Source: the human T2T-CHM13v2.0 reference genome, Homo sapiens. Taken from it: a stretch of 64,000 nt of DNA. The translations under genes were made by a program, and so were the position numbers. The stretch lies in NCBI RefSeq assembly GCF_009914755.1, contig NC_060942.1; one strand, 5' to 3'. Below are positions 14,153 through 28,939 of this stretch, in pieces (position 1 is the first letter of the stretch; each line of letters begins with the position of its first letter). The notes under the pieces were generated by a model. It had not been told where the DNA came from. It searched no databases and was given only the letters and a program-made list of their open reading frames with translations.

Positions 14153-14575
14153 AACATTATGCTGAGGACCATGTCTTCATCATGTTTGCACCTCCTTCAC
14201 TTGCCTGGAATACTTGCTTAGGACAGAGTAAGTGTTCTGAACTTGTTTTTGAAATAGATGTATCATCCCCTCTGCTCTTCTTGGCAGGTCTGTGTGGCAG
14301 CACATTGGTCATGGGCCAGGACGTGGACTCTGAGGGCTAAGTGACTGGTCAGGAGCAAGGAAGGCAAGTCCTGCTTGCACAGTCCTAACTTGGTGCCCTC
14401 TCCCCAGAACCCCCAGGCCATGGACATAAGGAAAGGTCACGCACTCACTAAGCACACTGGCAGTCAGCAGCATCATTGCACACTTTCCAACTGTTTACTG
14501 CCAGTATTTTAAACTAGTTAAAAACTTAACTCTACTGGTGACCACCTAAAGATCAAGTTTCAGCAAAGTGGGACT

Positions 14576-14690
14576 TCATTCATTTATTGGGCAACTGAGA
14601 GGGGTGGGGCAGTGTTCTAGGCACTGGGAATACAGCAGTGAACAAAACACCCTCAAAATCACTGCCTTCATGGAGCTTCAGTCAAACTTG
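14576..14690 (-). mobile_element. L2 3' end
   Basis: ttcattcatttattggg...ttctaggcactgggaatacagcagtgaacaaaac...tgccttcatggagctt. Confidence 0.7.
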
Positions 14691-14719
14691 AACAGGGGTT
14701 GGAAAAGAAACTGCAAAGT

Positions 14720-16081
14720 AAGTGTTCTTGATATTTTGTTGCACAATCAGCCACCCCAGACTCAGTGACTTAAAGGAATATAGCAGCCATTTCCGTTGCT
14801 TACAGATCTGCAGTCTGGGCAGGGTTCCGTGGGGGAAGGCTTGTCTCAGCTTCACAGGGTGTCAGCCGAATGCTGGAGCAGGGCTCATGTACCATGAAGA
14901 GGACAAGGGCCTTTTGTTTGAAAAGCAGGGTAAAAGTGCCATTAAACATACTGAAATAGAAAACATTTTTCCTTTCTCTTGTGGTCTGTTTCTGGACATG
15001 TCGTGGTGTTTTCATTTGCCTCATATTGATGGGTTCCCTCAGGGCTGAGGATAATTGCTGGGCAGAGCAGACCGTCATAGGCACCTGGGGGTCCTGCCTC
15101 AGTGCCCCCATGGGACTAGCTGCCAGGTCCCTCTGCCCCCCTCCAGCCCCAGGACAGATGACTCATGCCTTAGCTCTGAGTGGGGATGTCAAGCCAGACT
15201 TTTCCCTTTCGCTTGGGCCCGCCACCTCAACCCACAGTGGACTGGTGACCCTCTAGGGATTTCAGCCTCCGTGCTGGATGTGCTTGGTAGCTAGATTGGG
15301 AAAGGGTAAGGGCTTACTCATACAGAGTCACCTGTCATACATGTCAGGGTTCTGCTAGCCCAGGATGGGACAGCCGCAACATCCCACACTCTGAAACATC
15401 ATAGGCATGTGTGTACCCAGCCCTCTTTGTGTCTCTCTGCCAGGGGCAGATGAGGCAGCCCTCACTGTGTGGAGGAGCCAGGGTGGGGCCAGGGCGCCAA
15501 GAGAGTGGGTAGTGAGTGGCTGAGAACCTGTCCTGGGGATGTGGGATTACGCAGGAGCTAAGGATCCAGGTCCACAGCTCATGTGCCATTGTTCCACCTA
15601 AAGAACACATATTCACAGATAAAATAAGACTGTGACCACAGAGCATTAAACATTGAGCATAAGCCCTTGTGAGCACAGGGCCCTGGAGCCTGCGCTGTTC
15701 TCATATCCACGGCCCTAAGCTGGAGGAGATGCTTCCAGGTGACTGTCTCCCAAGGCCAGTGGGCTGGTGCTGGCTGTTGTCTAGGAGCGCATCCCAGGTC
15801 TTGGGAGGATAGAGTTTTCTCCATATGGGCCTCTTCATGCTACTCTTCATGTGGCTGGGCTTTCCTTGCAGCGTGGTGGCTGGGTTCCAGGAACCAGTCC
15901 TGGGAGATCCAGGCAGAGCTGCATTGCATTTTTAGGGTCTAGCTATGGGAACCACAGAGTCACTTCTGACATAACTCTTTTGTTGAGGGAATCACAAGGA
16001 CCCAGCCAGGTTCAAGGGGAGAAGATACAGATGTCTGGATATATTACTGGGGCTGTATTTTTACAAAATACTATCTGCCAC
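14720..16081 (-). mobile_element. MLT1H-like MaLR LTR in two pieces (14720-14878, 15718-16081)
   Basis: ccaccccagactcagtgacttaaa...tctgggcaggg...gcttgtctc; tggctgggttccag...agtcacttctg...caaaatactatctgccac. Confidence 0.72.
14879..15717 (-). mobile_element. MER45-family (MER45C-like) hAT-Tip100 DNA transposon
   Basis: Starts caggg...aaaagcagggtaaaagtgccattaaa, ends cagagcattaaac...gagcacagggccctg...ggcccta; 8-bp TSD tgctggag (14871-14878) / agctggag (15718-15725). Confidence 0.75.
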
Positions 16082-16084
16082 CGT

Positions 16085-16330
16085 AAGATGGTATGTGAGA
16101 TGGGGATGAGATAGGATGTGAGATGTCATTAACTGTGATGTAGAAGTTTGTGGGGGAAAACAGGTTTGGGGTGTGATGGGGAAAATCAGAAGTTTGGCTT
16201 GGACATTTTAAATTTGAGATGTCACTACCTTAGTGGAGACGAGAAGTATGTATTGGACCTGTGGGCTGGTGTCCATGGAAGAGAAGTCTGGGTTGGAGGT
16301 GAAAATGTAGGAGTTGTCATAAAATTACTA
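16085..16330 (-). mobile_element. L2 internal fragment
   Basis: gatgtcattaactgtgatg...ttggacattttaaatttgagatgtc...gtctgggttggaggtgaaaatgtaggagttgtca. Confidence 0.65.
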
Positions 16331-16889
16331 AGTGTGAATGTATTTCCTGGTAGGGGACCCCTCAGGGATTGCAATTAATTTGCTATTGAAGGTGACCTAT
16401 TCATTTTATATTTAGACTGATGATTTAGAAGGTTTTATTGTCAAATCTTTTCAACTTATGTATTTCGATAGAAATGACAGTCAGCCAAGCAATTTTCCTT
16501 ATGAGGGCTCTGAGTGTGTGTGCATGCATGTTTACCTGCACATATGTGTAAGTACTGCATTCTAGAAATCTCAGCCTTGAACTTTTCCTTATGATGTTGT
16601 ACAGTCTATGGTTTTTAGTTTATGTGTATTTTGAGATATTCAAATTTTCATTTACATAGATATATGCATTTTACTTATTACCTCGTAAATTTTTCCAGGC
16701 ATACTATGTAAGATCAGGTTCTAGTTTAAATAGTGCTTCAAAGATTGGGAGGCAAAATTATTCTTTCTTCTGTCTTCTGGTGATTTTATTTTGCTTGAAG
16801 TTATAATTTAGAAGAGCATTAAATTAGGATATTTGGAATTATTCTTTGGACCTTACCTATACTTGAATCAGGGTTTAATAGAATATATT

Positions 16890-17192
<303 letters not shown>

Positions 17193-19789
17193 TTATTAAT
17201 ATTCTATGAATCATAAGTAGCAAATTTCCTCTCAAACAGTAAGATAAATTGACTGATGGCAAATGATGGGATGTGTTTTGATCTTAGGAGAAAGACATGC
17301 CATCATAAAATATTTTAAAGACATATCGTTAGAATACATTTCATTTAATAAAGAATGTTTCCATAAAAGACTTGAGGCAAAGCTATTGAAGTTTTATTTA
17401 AAAAGCATTTTATTCCTCCTTCCGTGAAGATTTTCCCCTTTAATCTTCTGTGTTTTCCTTTCTTTCCCACTTTCTCTGTTCCCTTTATTTTCTCTTCTCT
17501 TTCTGTTCCCTTCCTTTGTCTTCTCTTCCCAGAACAAAGACCTGGATTCTTGCTTGCAAGGGGGAGATTGAAATGCAAATGGAAAGGAAAACACGAATGA
17601 TAACACTAATAACACTCCTGTCCATGTTACTCCCGCCTTTCACTGTAACTGAACCTGAAGAGGGAGCAGGTATCAGGGTGCTTTTGCTAGCATAAACACT
17701 GGGGCACCCTTATGTCTTAGCTAACTGTTCTCTTTGAGTTATTTAATAGAAAGACACCAGCGTCTGACGAGTCTTCACAGTACTTTGTCCCAACACTAGG
17801 GGCAATTATATAGATTTAATTCCACCTCCAACAGTTCTAGGCTGTCTTCTGGAAACCCAACACATTGTCCTCTCCTGATCTTTCCAGTTCTTAGTCAGTA
17901 TATCAGGAATACAGTCTTCAGACTAAGGCCCTGCTGTTTTTGTCTAAACATTTTTGTTTTTATTTATCCCCTTCAAGCAACATTTTTCCCACTATATCCA
18001 ATGTAAACAATTTGCATAGCAGTTTACAAAAGGGTTGTAAACCTTATTTTACTTGGAGGTTCCAAGAAAATCAGCAGACTTCTTGAGAGAACTAGGGATT
18101 TGGCAGGGGGTAGGTGGGAGGTATTAAGAGGAAGTCAAAAGCAGGGACTGATGATCTTATTTTAGGGCTGGCCTGGGAGGATGCTGGGAGTGTGCCACTC
18201 CAGGCCATGTTTCAGGTGCACAGTAATTGTTTTGTATTGAAGCAGATTTTCAGTAAACAATACTAGGGACCAACTCTGCCCAGCTGAGAGGAAATTAAGC
18301 ACAGTTACTTGACTGATAATGATGCCAAACAGTTTCAGGTGTTAGGATTTCATTACGACTGTGTGTTGTCTCTGGCTGTACATTTACATTTTGTGTCAGG
18401 TATTTCAAATTAATCATGAGCATAATTAATAGTTGTAGTAATTAGATTACCATTTTATGATGATATCATGTAACAGAATATGAAGCAGCAGGAAAAATGC
18501 GGAGGACCACTCAGGTCTAGATAGAATCAGTGTTCTGTGAGACTTATCAAAACAGGTCAGCTCTAAGAGTTAACGTATTGATGCTTCATTACACAGCAGC
18601 TTCTTATTACAACAGGTGCAAATGAAGACAATTTTAATATTAAATGGAACCCCCTCGGGCCTATAGGTCCCAAAGCACTAACACAGAATTATTTTATGAG
18701 GATAATATTTTAACAGGCATTCTAGTTGAATTATAGGTTATTTGATAACTGTGAAGAAGCCAGAAAGCAATGTATGGTTTTACATTTCTTAAAAGCTAAA
18801 TTGAGTTAAGGATCAGTGTGCGTAATAAGCTAAGAAAAAAGGGAGTTTGGCTTTTTAGAACTTTAATGAATTATTGAACATATTTCAGAAAGAGGATCTT
18901 TAAACAGCTTTTCGAATAGCTCTTGTTAACCTAAAGAGACACTTAGTAAACTATCCATAGGCTGATAGAAAAAGGACATTTGCATGGAAGTCACTTTTTT
19001 TTTTCCGCCATGGTTTGCCTCGGAAAGATTTCAAATGATTGTATAATGAGGGCAGAAAGTTGCAAGGCTACATATAAACTGCATGCTACTTAATAAATTA
19101 TTCATGTTAGCCCAAAGGTATAATTATTCAGTGAAATGAGAACTCAGAAAATTAGTTCTGTATTAATGTTTATTTATACTGATCATTTTTTTTTTCTTTA
19201 CATGCTCACATTTTCCTGCTCAGAGAGGTAATCGAAGGGCAGTCCACCTACGTGCCACAAGTTCTGAGTAAATGTGGAATCAGGTTGGAAGTCCCAGGGT
19301 TCATAGTGTCCCCCGTTTTTTATTTTTATGGTGGTGGTTGTAATGTATTTGCTTTTAGAGAAATGGTTTCTTTTGTATGAAAGGGAAAGTCAAGCTCTTA
19401 TTATTTAGCAGTCCTTCTTCAAAGGGTGTGCATGGTGAGGAGCTGCACCACGGTGGTGCCCGCAGACGCTGCTTCGTGTCCCCCATGACAGCTCTGGTGT
19501 GAATAGTCACAGTGCCACCATTTTGGGTCCTGGTAATGGTGGTTTTCCCCACTTCTGTCACTTACCACCCACAGCCTTTTCTCTCTCAGCCCAGAGCAGA
19601 CACCATTATTCTTATCTTTGTCTTGTTTGTTATTATGTAGCTCTCAGCTGCAACGGTATTTAACACGTTTTACACATTTTTGTTGGATATTCCCTGCTTG
19701 GCCCCTTGACTCCTAGAGAAGAATCCTCAGAACATTAGGCAGGTGCTCCTTTCGAGACAGACACAAGGCAGAGTGAATCATTCCTCTGC

Positions 19790-20258
19790 CATTCCAGAGG
19801 CTGCAGTCCTCACAGTGGCCTCTGAGTCCTGCATGGCCTGGCCCCATCACCTCTGTGACCTTCTGTCTCTCTGCCCCTCATGCAGCTGCCTCCTGCCAGT
19901 GGGGCCTCTGCTGCCTCAGCTCCCTCCCTGGAGGCTGTAATGGCTGCTTTCTCACCTTCTTAGGTCCTAGTGTCAACTTCTCAGCAAGGCTCACCCTGGC
20001 CACTGCCACAGAACTGCCATTCCTGCACCCAGAGGCCTAGAACTTCCTTACCCTGAGCTGTTTTTATTTCTGCTTAGTCACCACCTTCTAGAATACTATA
20101 TAATTTGTCTTTTAATTATCTTTGTTGTTTATTGCCTGCCTCTCTGCTTGAACAGGGGATCTTTGTCTCTTTTCCTCAATGACATGTGTCAGATGCCTTA
20201 GACCAGTGCCTGGCACATAGTAGGAGCTCTATAAACATTTGTTGAATGAGTGAATGAC
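19790..20258 (+). mobile_element. L2 3' region
   Basis: Ends cagtgcctggcacatagtaggagctctataaacatttgttgaatgagtgaatga. Confidence 0.7.
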
Positions 20259-20966
20259 TGAGTTTCCTGAAATTCTTCCTGGAAACACTAAATCTGCTGC
20301 CCCAGGGTCTGTTAGAGAGTGCTGGACTGCCATGCTATGAATGCTCAATGACCAGTGTGGGTTTCCAGTTATCCTTGAAACCTAGGAAAGAAAGGGCAGG
20401 GAGATGTGAAACCACTGAAGCAGTGGGGAGCTTTCGGAGGCTTAGGGGAGAATTCAGCAGGGGGATCCTGCTGGTCACAACACCGAATCCATTCCTCCAT
20501 TGCTTCTTGGTTACCAGTCCTTTGGAAAGTATGCCTCTGCCTGGTAGGAGTGACAATACTACGAGAGCCACACATGTGGCTTGGGTGTTGAGCAGGGATG
20601 GCCACATGTGTGTTGAAGCCCTGCTTGTGTTTAACTGAGAGGGTTTTGTGAACTCCTACAGGTGTCTGTCCATTTGCATGCCTATTGGGCCCCCAGTTTC
20701 TAGAGCAGCATTGATTGCCATAGCTCAGCTGATTTATAAAGCATGTGCTTGCCTGGGAGATTGGGGTCACGGTTTGCTTGGAAACTTTTTGCAGCAGGAA
20801 GCAGTGGAGCAGAAGAAATTTTTGGAAGAGTTAAATGTCAGGGATAAGGCTAAAGGCAATGAGCTGAATCTTTTGTTTCAGTAAACTTCCTGATGGATAG
20901 CTTTGCCGTTCCCTCCCCATGCAAGGCACATGTGGTGAGAGGGTTAGGGAGAGAATGCATGCTATC

Positions 20967-21543
<577 letters not shown>

Positions 21544-23659
21544 ATAGAGAGTTCCTTGATAACATAAAAAGCTTATCTCTTTGTTATACTTTTTACTTAT
21601 ATAGATTCTGTCTTTCTTTTCAAAAAAGTTTGATTTAAAGTATGTTTTCAGCCTATAAATTATGTTGTAGCATGCTTGATGTTATGAAGTCAGACTGTGG
21701 AACACAGAAAGAAAATGTGTATTACTCTATAGATGATCCTGAATATGTTTAATAGATGAAACCATTATATTTCTCCCCATTTAATAATTGATGAGTCAAG
21801 AAGTCTTAAAGGTATATCCAGTAGAAGCAGAGAACATAGGAACTGAGAGATATATAAATATCTGATACATGTTTTTATTTTGCTTAAGTGACACTTTATA
21901 GAGGTCTGGTGTAAGAATTCATATACTGTCGCTCTTTTGTATGTTGCAAAATTATTATCATTTCAAAACTGGGCTGGAACTTATATATAGGAGTTATATC
22001 TTAGACTTTCTCCAATGAATTTTGGCTACCAAACACCTCAAATGAATTCTGCAGATAGTATTTCAAGGATGCTTATGGTATGGTAAGTGTAACTTGATTA
22101 ACTACAGAAGATGATTAGAAGTTGTAATAGACACTGAGAATCCTGTAGTGGTCTTTGATACCCATGATAGATAAGATGATGAAGGTAACTCTTAAAATTA
22201 GGAATAAATATTATAACATTACATTTTTGTCTTTAAATTTCTGAGCAAAACAAAGTTGATGACCTTTAGATTTAAAACAAGAAATTGTTGTTTAAAGATG
22301 TTAAAGATAAACATTTTTATCGTTGAATGAGTCCCTGAGTTTCAGCTCTCTTTCACATCAGGTCTTTAGTTTATTGCTTTCTTTAAACATCATGCACCTC
22401 CTTGTGCTGTTTTTCATTCCCCACCCCCGATTCAGAGAGACAGGTAATTATATACACACCAGCTAAATGTCTGGTAAAATCTCTAGGCAAAACTGAGTTG
22501 ACTTGTGTGGAACTGAATTTAAAAATGCTTGACGGAATATTGCTCCAGTCTCTGAATACTTGTCAGGTTGCATTTACTGCAATTGCCTCCATTACCAGGA
22601 TGTGTGCTTTGGTCCTGAGAGAGACACTTTTCCCTGCCTCTCCCCCTTTTCTTCCTTTTCACTATATAGCTCTGGCTTCTGAGGGGTCACAGTCCAGCAG
22701 TTATTCATTTTGTCCCTCTGAATTAGAAAAGAAGTATAATAATTTAACTGAAATTAGGTTTGTTTTAAACCTAGGCAACTGTCTTTTTATGAAGAAAACA
22801 TTTACAGTATAAAATAGGAGAATGTCACATGAGCTGTATAAATGGAATATATAATAGTGTGGATGTATAATGATTATCATTTGTAAGGCATTCTTTCAAA
22901 AGTAAGTAACTGGATTTAGAGAAAATTAACCTTTCATTCGTAAGTGAATTAAATAAAGAATTGGACATTGCCAGGTGGGGGCAGAGAAAGCCAGAGTTTT
23001 TAAATTAAAAAAATAAGCAAATAAAATCTTTAAACATAAATGGAGATAAGATTTGAATTGTATCATATATGGTAACCTCTTTTTTGGCTGGTGTACCGAA
23101 GTCTAAAAATGTACAAGTGGTAGAGTTTATAAAAACTCATTCCTACTTGGCAAGGGTAAGAAAGGAAGGTGGTCACCTAGAATCAACATTTATTAACTTT
23201 TAAACGTCGTTTCGTAGGGAAGAATCTCCCTCCTCAAAGCATTCAGCCTGAGTTTATTTAGGATTCAGTTAATTGAAAGATAATCTGTGGCATCGATAGG
23301 AATCATCATTTTCCAAACATCTTATTTTTAGAAACGGGCTTCACAAGCTCTTTACAAACATTGGAATCCATAGTCATTGAAATGGGTGGCGTGTTTTTTC
23401 ATGGGGATTGTGAATCAGTCTAAAGCAAAATATGTGTTTATGATTTGCATGTAAGGTAACTGAAGTTTAGCAAAAACAATAATTTGTCATTTAGAAATGA
23501 TCCCAGTCTTTGGAAATATTTAGAATAATAAATTTCAGGTTAAGTTTTTTTTTCACGGTTTAATCAAGTTAAGATTTTTGGGATACTTAGTATTTGGTTG
23601 GCTTTACTAAAAGAAAAATATTTATTGGCATTACATTAAACTGCTTAAAAATTAAACGA

Positions 23660-25040
23660 AGACCTAGTTAAAAGATGCTGGCATTAAGACATGGTTTTAC
23701 TCAATTTTTATACCTGGAACCCCAAAAGGAACAAAAAGAATGAGAAACAAAGAAGAAGATGCTATGCTCTGTTAAATAGCTACAACTTCAAACCACATTT
23801 TAAAGAATACCTGCCAAATAGAGTGACATTTGGACCAAAGGAGAGAGGATGCTGTGAGCTTACATAGTCCTCTAATTTGAGGCAGGGTATAGTTTTCTCA
23901 AGGAGTCAGGCCTGTAGAAATTAAATGGCTTCACTAAAATAATAAGAGAATAGAGGGGCGACTCTCTCTGTGCAACTTAGTTGTGCACCACAGAAAACTG
24001 GAGGACTCGGAGGTGAGGGAGGAAAAGAGCTTCTGTGTAGAGTTGGGCAGGCTGTGACTTAAACAGCTCTAGGGATCCCAGGAACATAAAAGTCTAGTGA
24101 GTGGAGGCCCCTGATGTTGGAGCCCAATCTGCACGCACACCTGCGTGCACACCTAGGCCACCATCGTGACTGAGTGCCATCTTAATGTCTAGGGCAGCTT
24201 CCTGAGAGTGGGAGACTTCTCAAAGTGAGACTGAAAGAAGGCTCAGGAAGGTGGTGTTCAGGAGCCTGTGACATGAGGGGCTTCTTTCTAACCTATATCA
24301 ATGCTGCTAAAGTTTTACACTTGAGTGTAAAATACTCCCAGGGTACAGGACTTGACCATAGTGGAGAGAACTGGAGATTAATGCTGGACTTGAAGCTGGC
24401 TGCTCTTCCTATGAACTGACAGGTTGTCTCCACTGCAGCATGAATGCCTTCTAGTTCTGCCTGCCACACCTTGGCATAGGCAGGCAAGTTCATAGAATAA
24501 TGGAACACAGACAAAGCTAGATGTGGAATATACATCAGAAGACAAATTATCTCACCAACAAAAGAAGAATTCAGAATCTTAGTATTTTGTGGCCTTAAAG
24601 GAATAATGAAAACTGGGTTTTCTCAAAGTTTAAAGGAAAGATATATGGTTAAAGAAAATAAGAAATATAGGAGATAGAAAGTGAGCTGATTAATCTGCGT
24701 GAAGAAGGAGAAAAACCATTAGGAAGAGGGAAGTCACATTGGAAGCCACCAAATATAACAAACACAAATGAAAACACAGGAATCAACAGACTTGAGAAAC
24801 TTCTACAAAACAAAGTGAAAAAGATGAGAGAAAAAGGATTTCTGTGAAGATGATACATAGGAGAGACAAAGGCTTATTCATCACATATTACTTGTTTTTC
24901 CAAAGGAAGAGAATAAAAATGGAAACAAAAACATTCAAAGGTATAATAGGATAAAGCCTTGCTTATAAAAAAAGAAAGATGTATATGTGCTTGCAGGTCA
25001 GAAGGCCACACTATTTACTAGGAAAGAAACTAGAAACAAA
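23660..25040 (+). mobile_element. Possible very old L1M/HAL1 5' end and ORF1 remnant
   Basis: A-rich + strand; agttaaaagatgctgg...ggaacccc resembles old L1 5' ends and ttccaaaggaagagaata...aaaggtataatagga resembles ORF1; weak similarity only. Confidence 0.3.
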
Positions 25041-25368
25041 TCCCAAGAAATGTGCTGCTGAGCGGTCAAGGACATTGGGAACAACAGGACTGAGGGACAC
25101 TGGGGTGAGCCACACGGCCTTTGGTAGCCTGGTGAAAGCAGTGCCAGGAGACAGCACAGCAAGTTGCAAGGCACTGGGTAGAGCAGAGTGGAGGTGAGGA
25201 AGGGGAGAAGAGTACACGCAGCTCTTCTGAGAAGTTTCATCATGAAGAAGCTGAGGGAGATGTGGATGGACCTGAAGGGGGAGATGGGACTGAGGGAGCC
25301 TGTGCTTTTTAAGATGGGAAAGACCTGCACATATTTAAATACCCCTAGTGAATGTGAGGAAAGAGAAG

Positions 25369-25540
25369 GGGGTTCTTAACCTTGCCTGCACATTGGAGCC
25401 ACTTGGAGTGTTTAAAAAAAACACTGATGGTGGGTCCCACTCAGAAGGATTCCTATGTCATCGGTGTTGGGGATGGCTGGTGTTGAGATTTTTAAAACTG
25501 CCCAGGTGATTCTAAAAGGGAGCTGAATTTGAAAACCATC
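25369..25540. mobile_element. MER5A-family hAT-Charlie MITE
   Basis: ggttcttaaccttgcctgcacattggagccacttgg...tttttaaaactgcccaggtgattcta...ttgaaaacca. Confidence 0.8.
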
Positions 25541-26869
25541 CTTGTAAAAGATGAAACAAAGCTTCAAGAGTTGGGTTTCCTCTTCCACTGTAGCTAGAGG
25601 AAGTGATGGAAGTACTTTGAGATAGGTAGGTTTGTGAGAGGGGAGCTGAAGGAGTTTTACTGCTTATGGCTTCTGCGTTCTCTTGAAGGGCTGGTGGTGT
25701 GATGGGGAAGCATGTTGGGAGGAAGATGGGCAGGCACTGAGAGGAGAGGAGTGAATTTGCAGCACTCTTTCATGGAGAAGGAGGGAGAACACCAAAGAGG
25801 TGTTGAACCAAAGGGTGGGCAGGCAGTGCTGAGAAGGCCGAAGTTTGAGATGATAATTTTATGGAGGCAGCTCTTTCTTCTTCCTAGGTAGAGAGTGGGC
25901 AGCCCATAATGTGTGGAGAAGTAAGTTTTCTAGTGAAGACTAGAGAAGTTAGTTACTTGGGAGATTTTCTTATTTTGCCCATAACATAGAGAATCAGACA
26001 CTGGTAGAAATAAAATCAATTAGTTAATACACATAGTGCATTCTGTTAAATCCTGTCTAGCTCTGCCTTGGTAGGCTCTTAATCGTATTTCTGTAGTTAC
26101 ATAGAAATGAAGCTGAACACTATGATTTTGCTTATAGGGAAAAACATGACTTTCAGTCCCAGTGTTTCAAACGCATCAGTAGGAAGGGCTAATTTAGGCG
26201 CCGACTCTTTCCTTAAAGTGAAGCTTTTGTTATATTAATAGATCTAGCCTGTGATTCTTGTAAAGAGTGTTGTAAGTTGACATGGTAATAACTAAGATTT
26301 GAAACAATGTGCTTACCCAAGCTGTATCTTGAAATACAGTTTGAATCAACTTGGAAGAAAACCTAAACTAAATTGGGTTTTAGTAAAATAATCCTGCTTC
26401 GTAAATATTACAAAGAAAATGTTATCAGTCTTTTTGGGTATTGTTGGCGGAGTCCTTAGATCAGAGATTTTTGTTTTCGTTAGGGCCTTCCTTCTTTAAT
26501 GTTTTAAAAACATTATTTCAGTTGTGCAGGTAGTTTGCATTTTAAATCATCTCACACAACTTGCTGGAAACTGAAATGGATGCTGAGGACATGGTGACTT
26601 TTTAAGGGAAAGATGAATAACATCCGCTGTGCGAGAGCCCTTGTTCCAGAGCACACCACATGAACACCAGGGCTTAAACTCACCAGGAGCCCACTGAGAG
26701 CCCATGTATTTAGATGGAAACAAAAATGGACATAAAAATTAAGTTTGAAACAGGTAGTCTAAAACATCACCGGGAGTTCACTAATGTCAGGACAGAATAA
26801 ACATTGACTACTCAGGACAAGTTTTCAGAAGTTCCCCAAGCCCCTTCTCACTTGGTTGGGTTCTGCTGA

Positions 26870-27281
<412 letters not shown>

Positions 27282-27871
27282 TTTCAGCATTTTTTTAACA
27301 TTGTGAAATGGATGTATGGGTGATACTGTGCTAGGCACCAAGGCATGAAGACATAATTCAGACTTGGCTCTTATTCTCAAGAAGTGGACTCTAGACTTTT
27401 AGAAGCCCAGGGAAGCAAAGACATTTTTCTTGGCTTACTCTTTTAAGTGTTTCCACAGTATTCTTAGCTATTAGAAAATAAAAATTATTTATTGTTGCAA
27501 TTGTTAGAAAAAGTCATTCATCTCCTGTCTCTTGGCCACTGTGGAGCCCTGGCATTAAGGAAAAAAAAGTTTGGTGGCTGGCGATCAGCTATAATTGTGG
27601 GTGTAACCTTCTCTTCTTCTAGGGTGTTGGTGAGCTTTAGCCTCCTGTCCGTCTTGTCCTTTGGCCTGACTTATACTGTGTTCAGCTTGCAAAGGACAGC
27701 TGTAAAGGAGCAGCATGAAGCCAAAATCAATAATAGTGATGTTTTTAGCTCAGCTGTCATCTCCCTACCCCCAAACCTCACCAAAATTTTATGTCTCAGA
27801 CAGTTTGTCAAGGACAAATGTTTGGTCCATGTCCCACCAGGGCAGGTTTTCTGTCAGCCAGGAGATTCTAG

Positions 27872-27872
<1 letters not shown>

Positions 27873-27934
<62 letters not shown>

Positions 27935-27956
27935 CGCGTGCACGCGCACGCGCATG
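27873..27956. repeat. (TG)n microsatellite with CG-rich alternating extension
   Basis: 84 nt of uninterrupted pyrimidine-purine alternation ending cgcgtgcacgcgcacgcgcatg. Confidence 0.97.
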
Positions 27957-28939
27957 GATTAGGTGTTAGGACACCCAAGTCTAAAGATTTAATTGTACAA
28001 ATCTTACTGACAAATGTTTTACTGATTTGAATGTGCCAGATTATTTAAAAACTGGAACAATATAACAGATGTTTTTTAAGTTCTGTGAATATGAAAATAT
28101 TTTAAAAAGGTGAGTATGTTTTTAGTTCTTTGACAGGGGCTTATATGTCTCTGAACTGATATTAATTATCTATGCTTTGCTGTTTTGCCAGTGAAGTCAC
28201 TGATAAGCCAAGACTAGGTCCAGCGATAAAAATTATTTGGGAATTTAGTTCAGGATTTAAAGAGTGGCATTTCCTCTGACCTTTTTTTAGAGCTGACACT
28301 TTGTGGCAGGCCAAGTGTAATATTCTATTCCTTCTAAATACCCTTCTCTTTTTCTCATCTTAAAATCTTTCTCTTTCAAAGCTGATGCAACAGTGGTGTA
28401 AAACCACGTTATTTCTAGAATTGCTCTGGGCCACCTGATGGTATACATATTTCTTACAGTTTACGAAGTCCTACCAGATTCTTCTCTGAATATGACCACG
28501 GGGAATTGTTTGGACATTAACAAGTGCATTGTGTAAGGGAAGTATTTTACTTTTCAGCAGTAATATTAGATGTTTGTGACCAAAGCTGACGAGTGATTAC
28601 TGGTTTAACAGCCTTATGTTTCAACAGATACAGCATAACTATAATGTTTAAATATCTGCAGTGATGGCCACCAGGACTGAAGTTTCTTTCTCCTCTTACC
28701 TTGAACAAGAGAAGCAGAAGGGCCACTGTTTACAGGGAGTTGATGAGACCACCTTCCTTAGAAGGCCCTTACTTCTCTGGTTGATGAATGTCATACTGAT
28801 TGCACCCAAGACTGAGTTCTTGGTACACGTGGCTGGGCAAATTCTTGGAACAGGTGTCTGGGCTCATTTCCCTGAGTGGCATGGAGAGCCTTCTTCCATG
28901 ATCAGGCCTGCAACTTCCCTCCTACTCACTTATGGGCAT

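Noticed and set aside
19445-19459. GCACCAC-G-GTGGTGC palindrome as a CTCF site
   Set aside because: Only about 9/14 match to the CTCF core; 7-bp arms are expected by chance.
27492-27969. 156-aa and 84-aa ORFs with poly-(CV)
   Set aside because: Read-through of the (TG)n microsatellite; no recognisable protein features.
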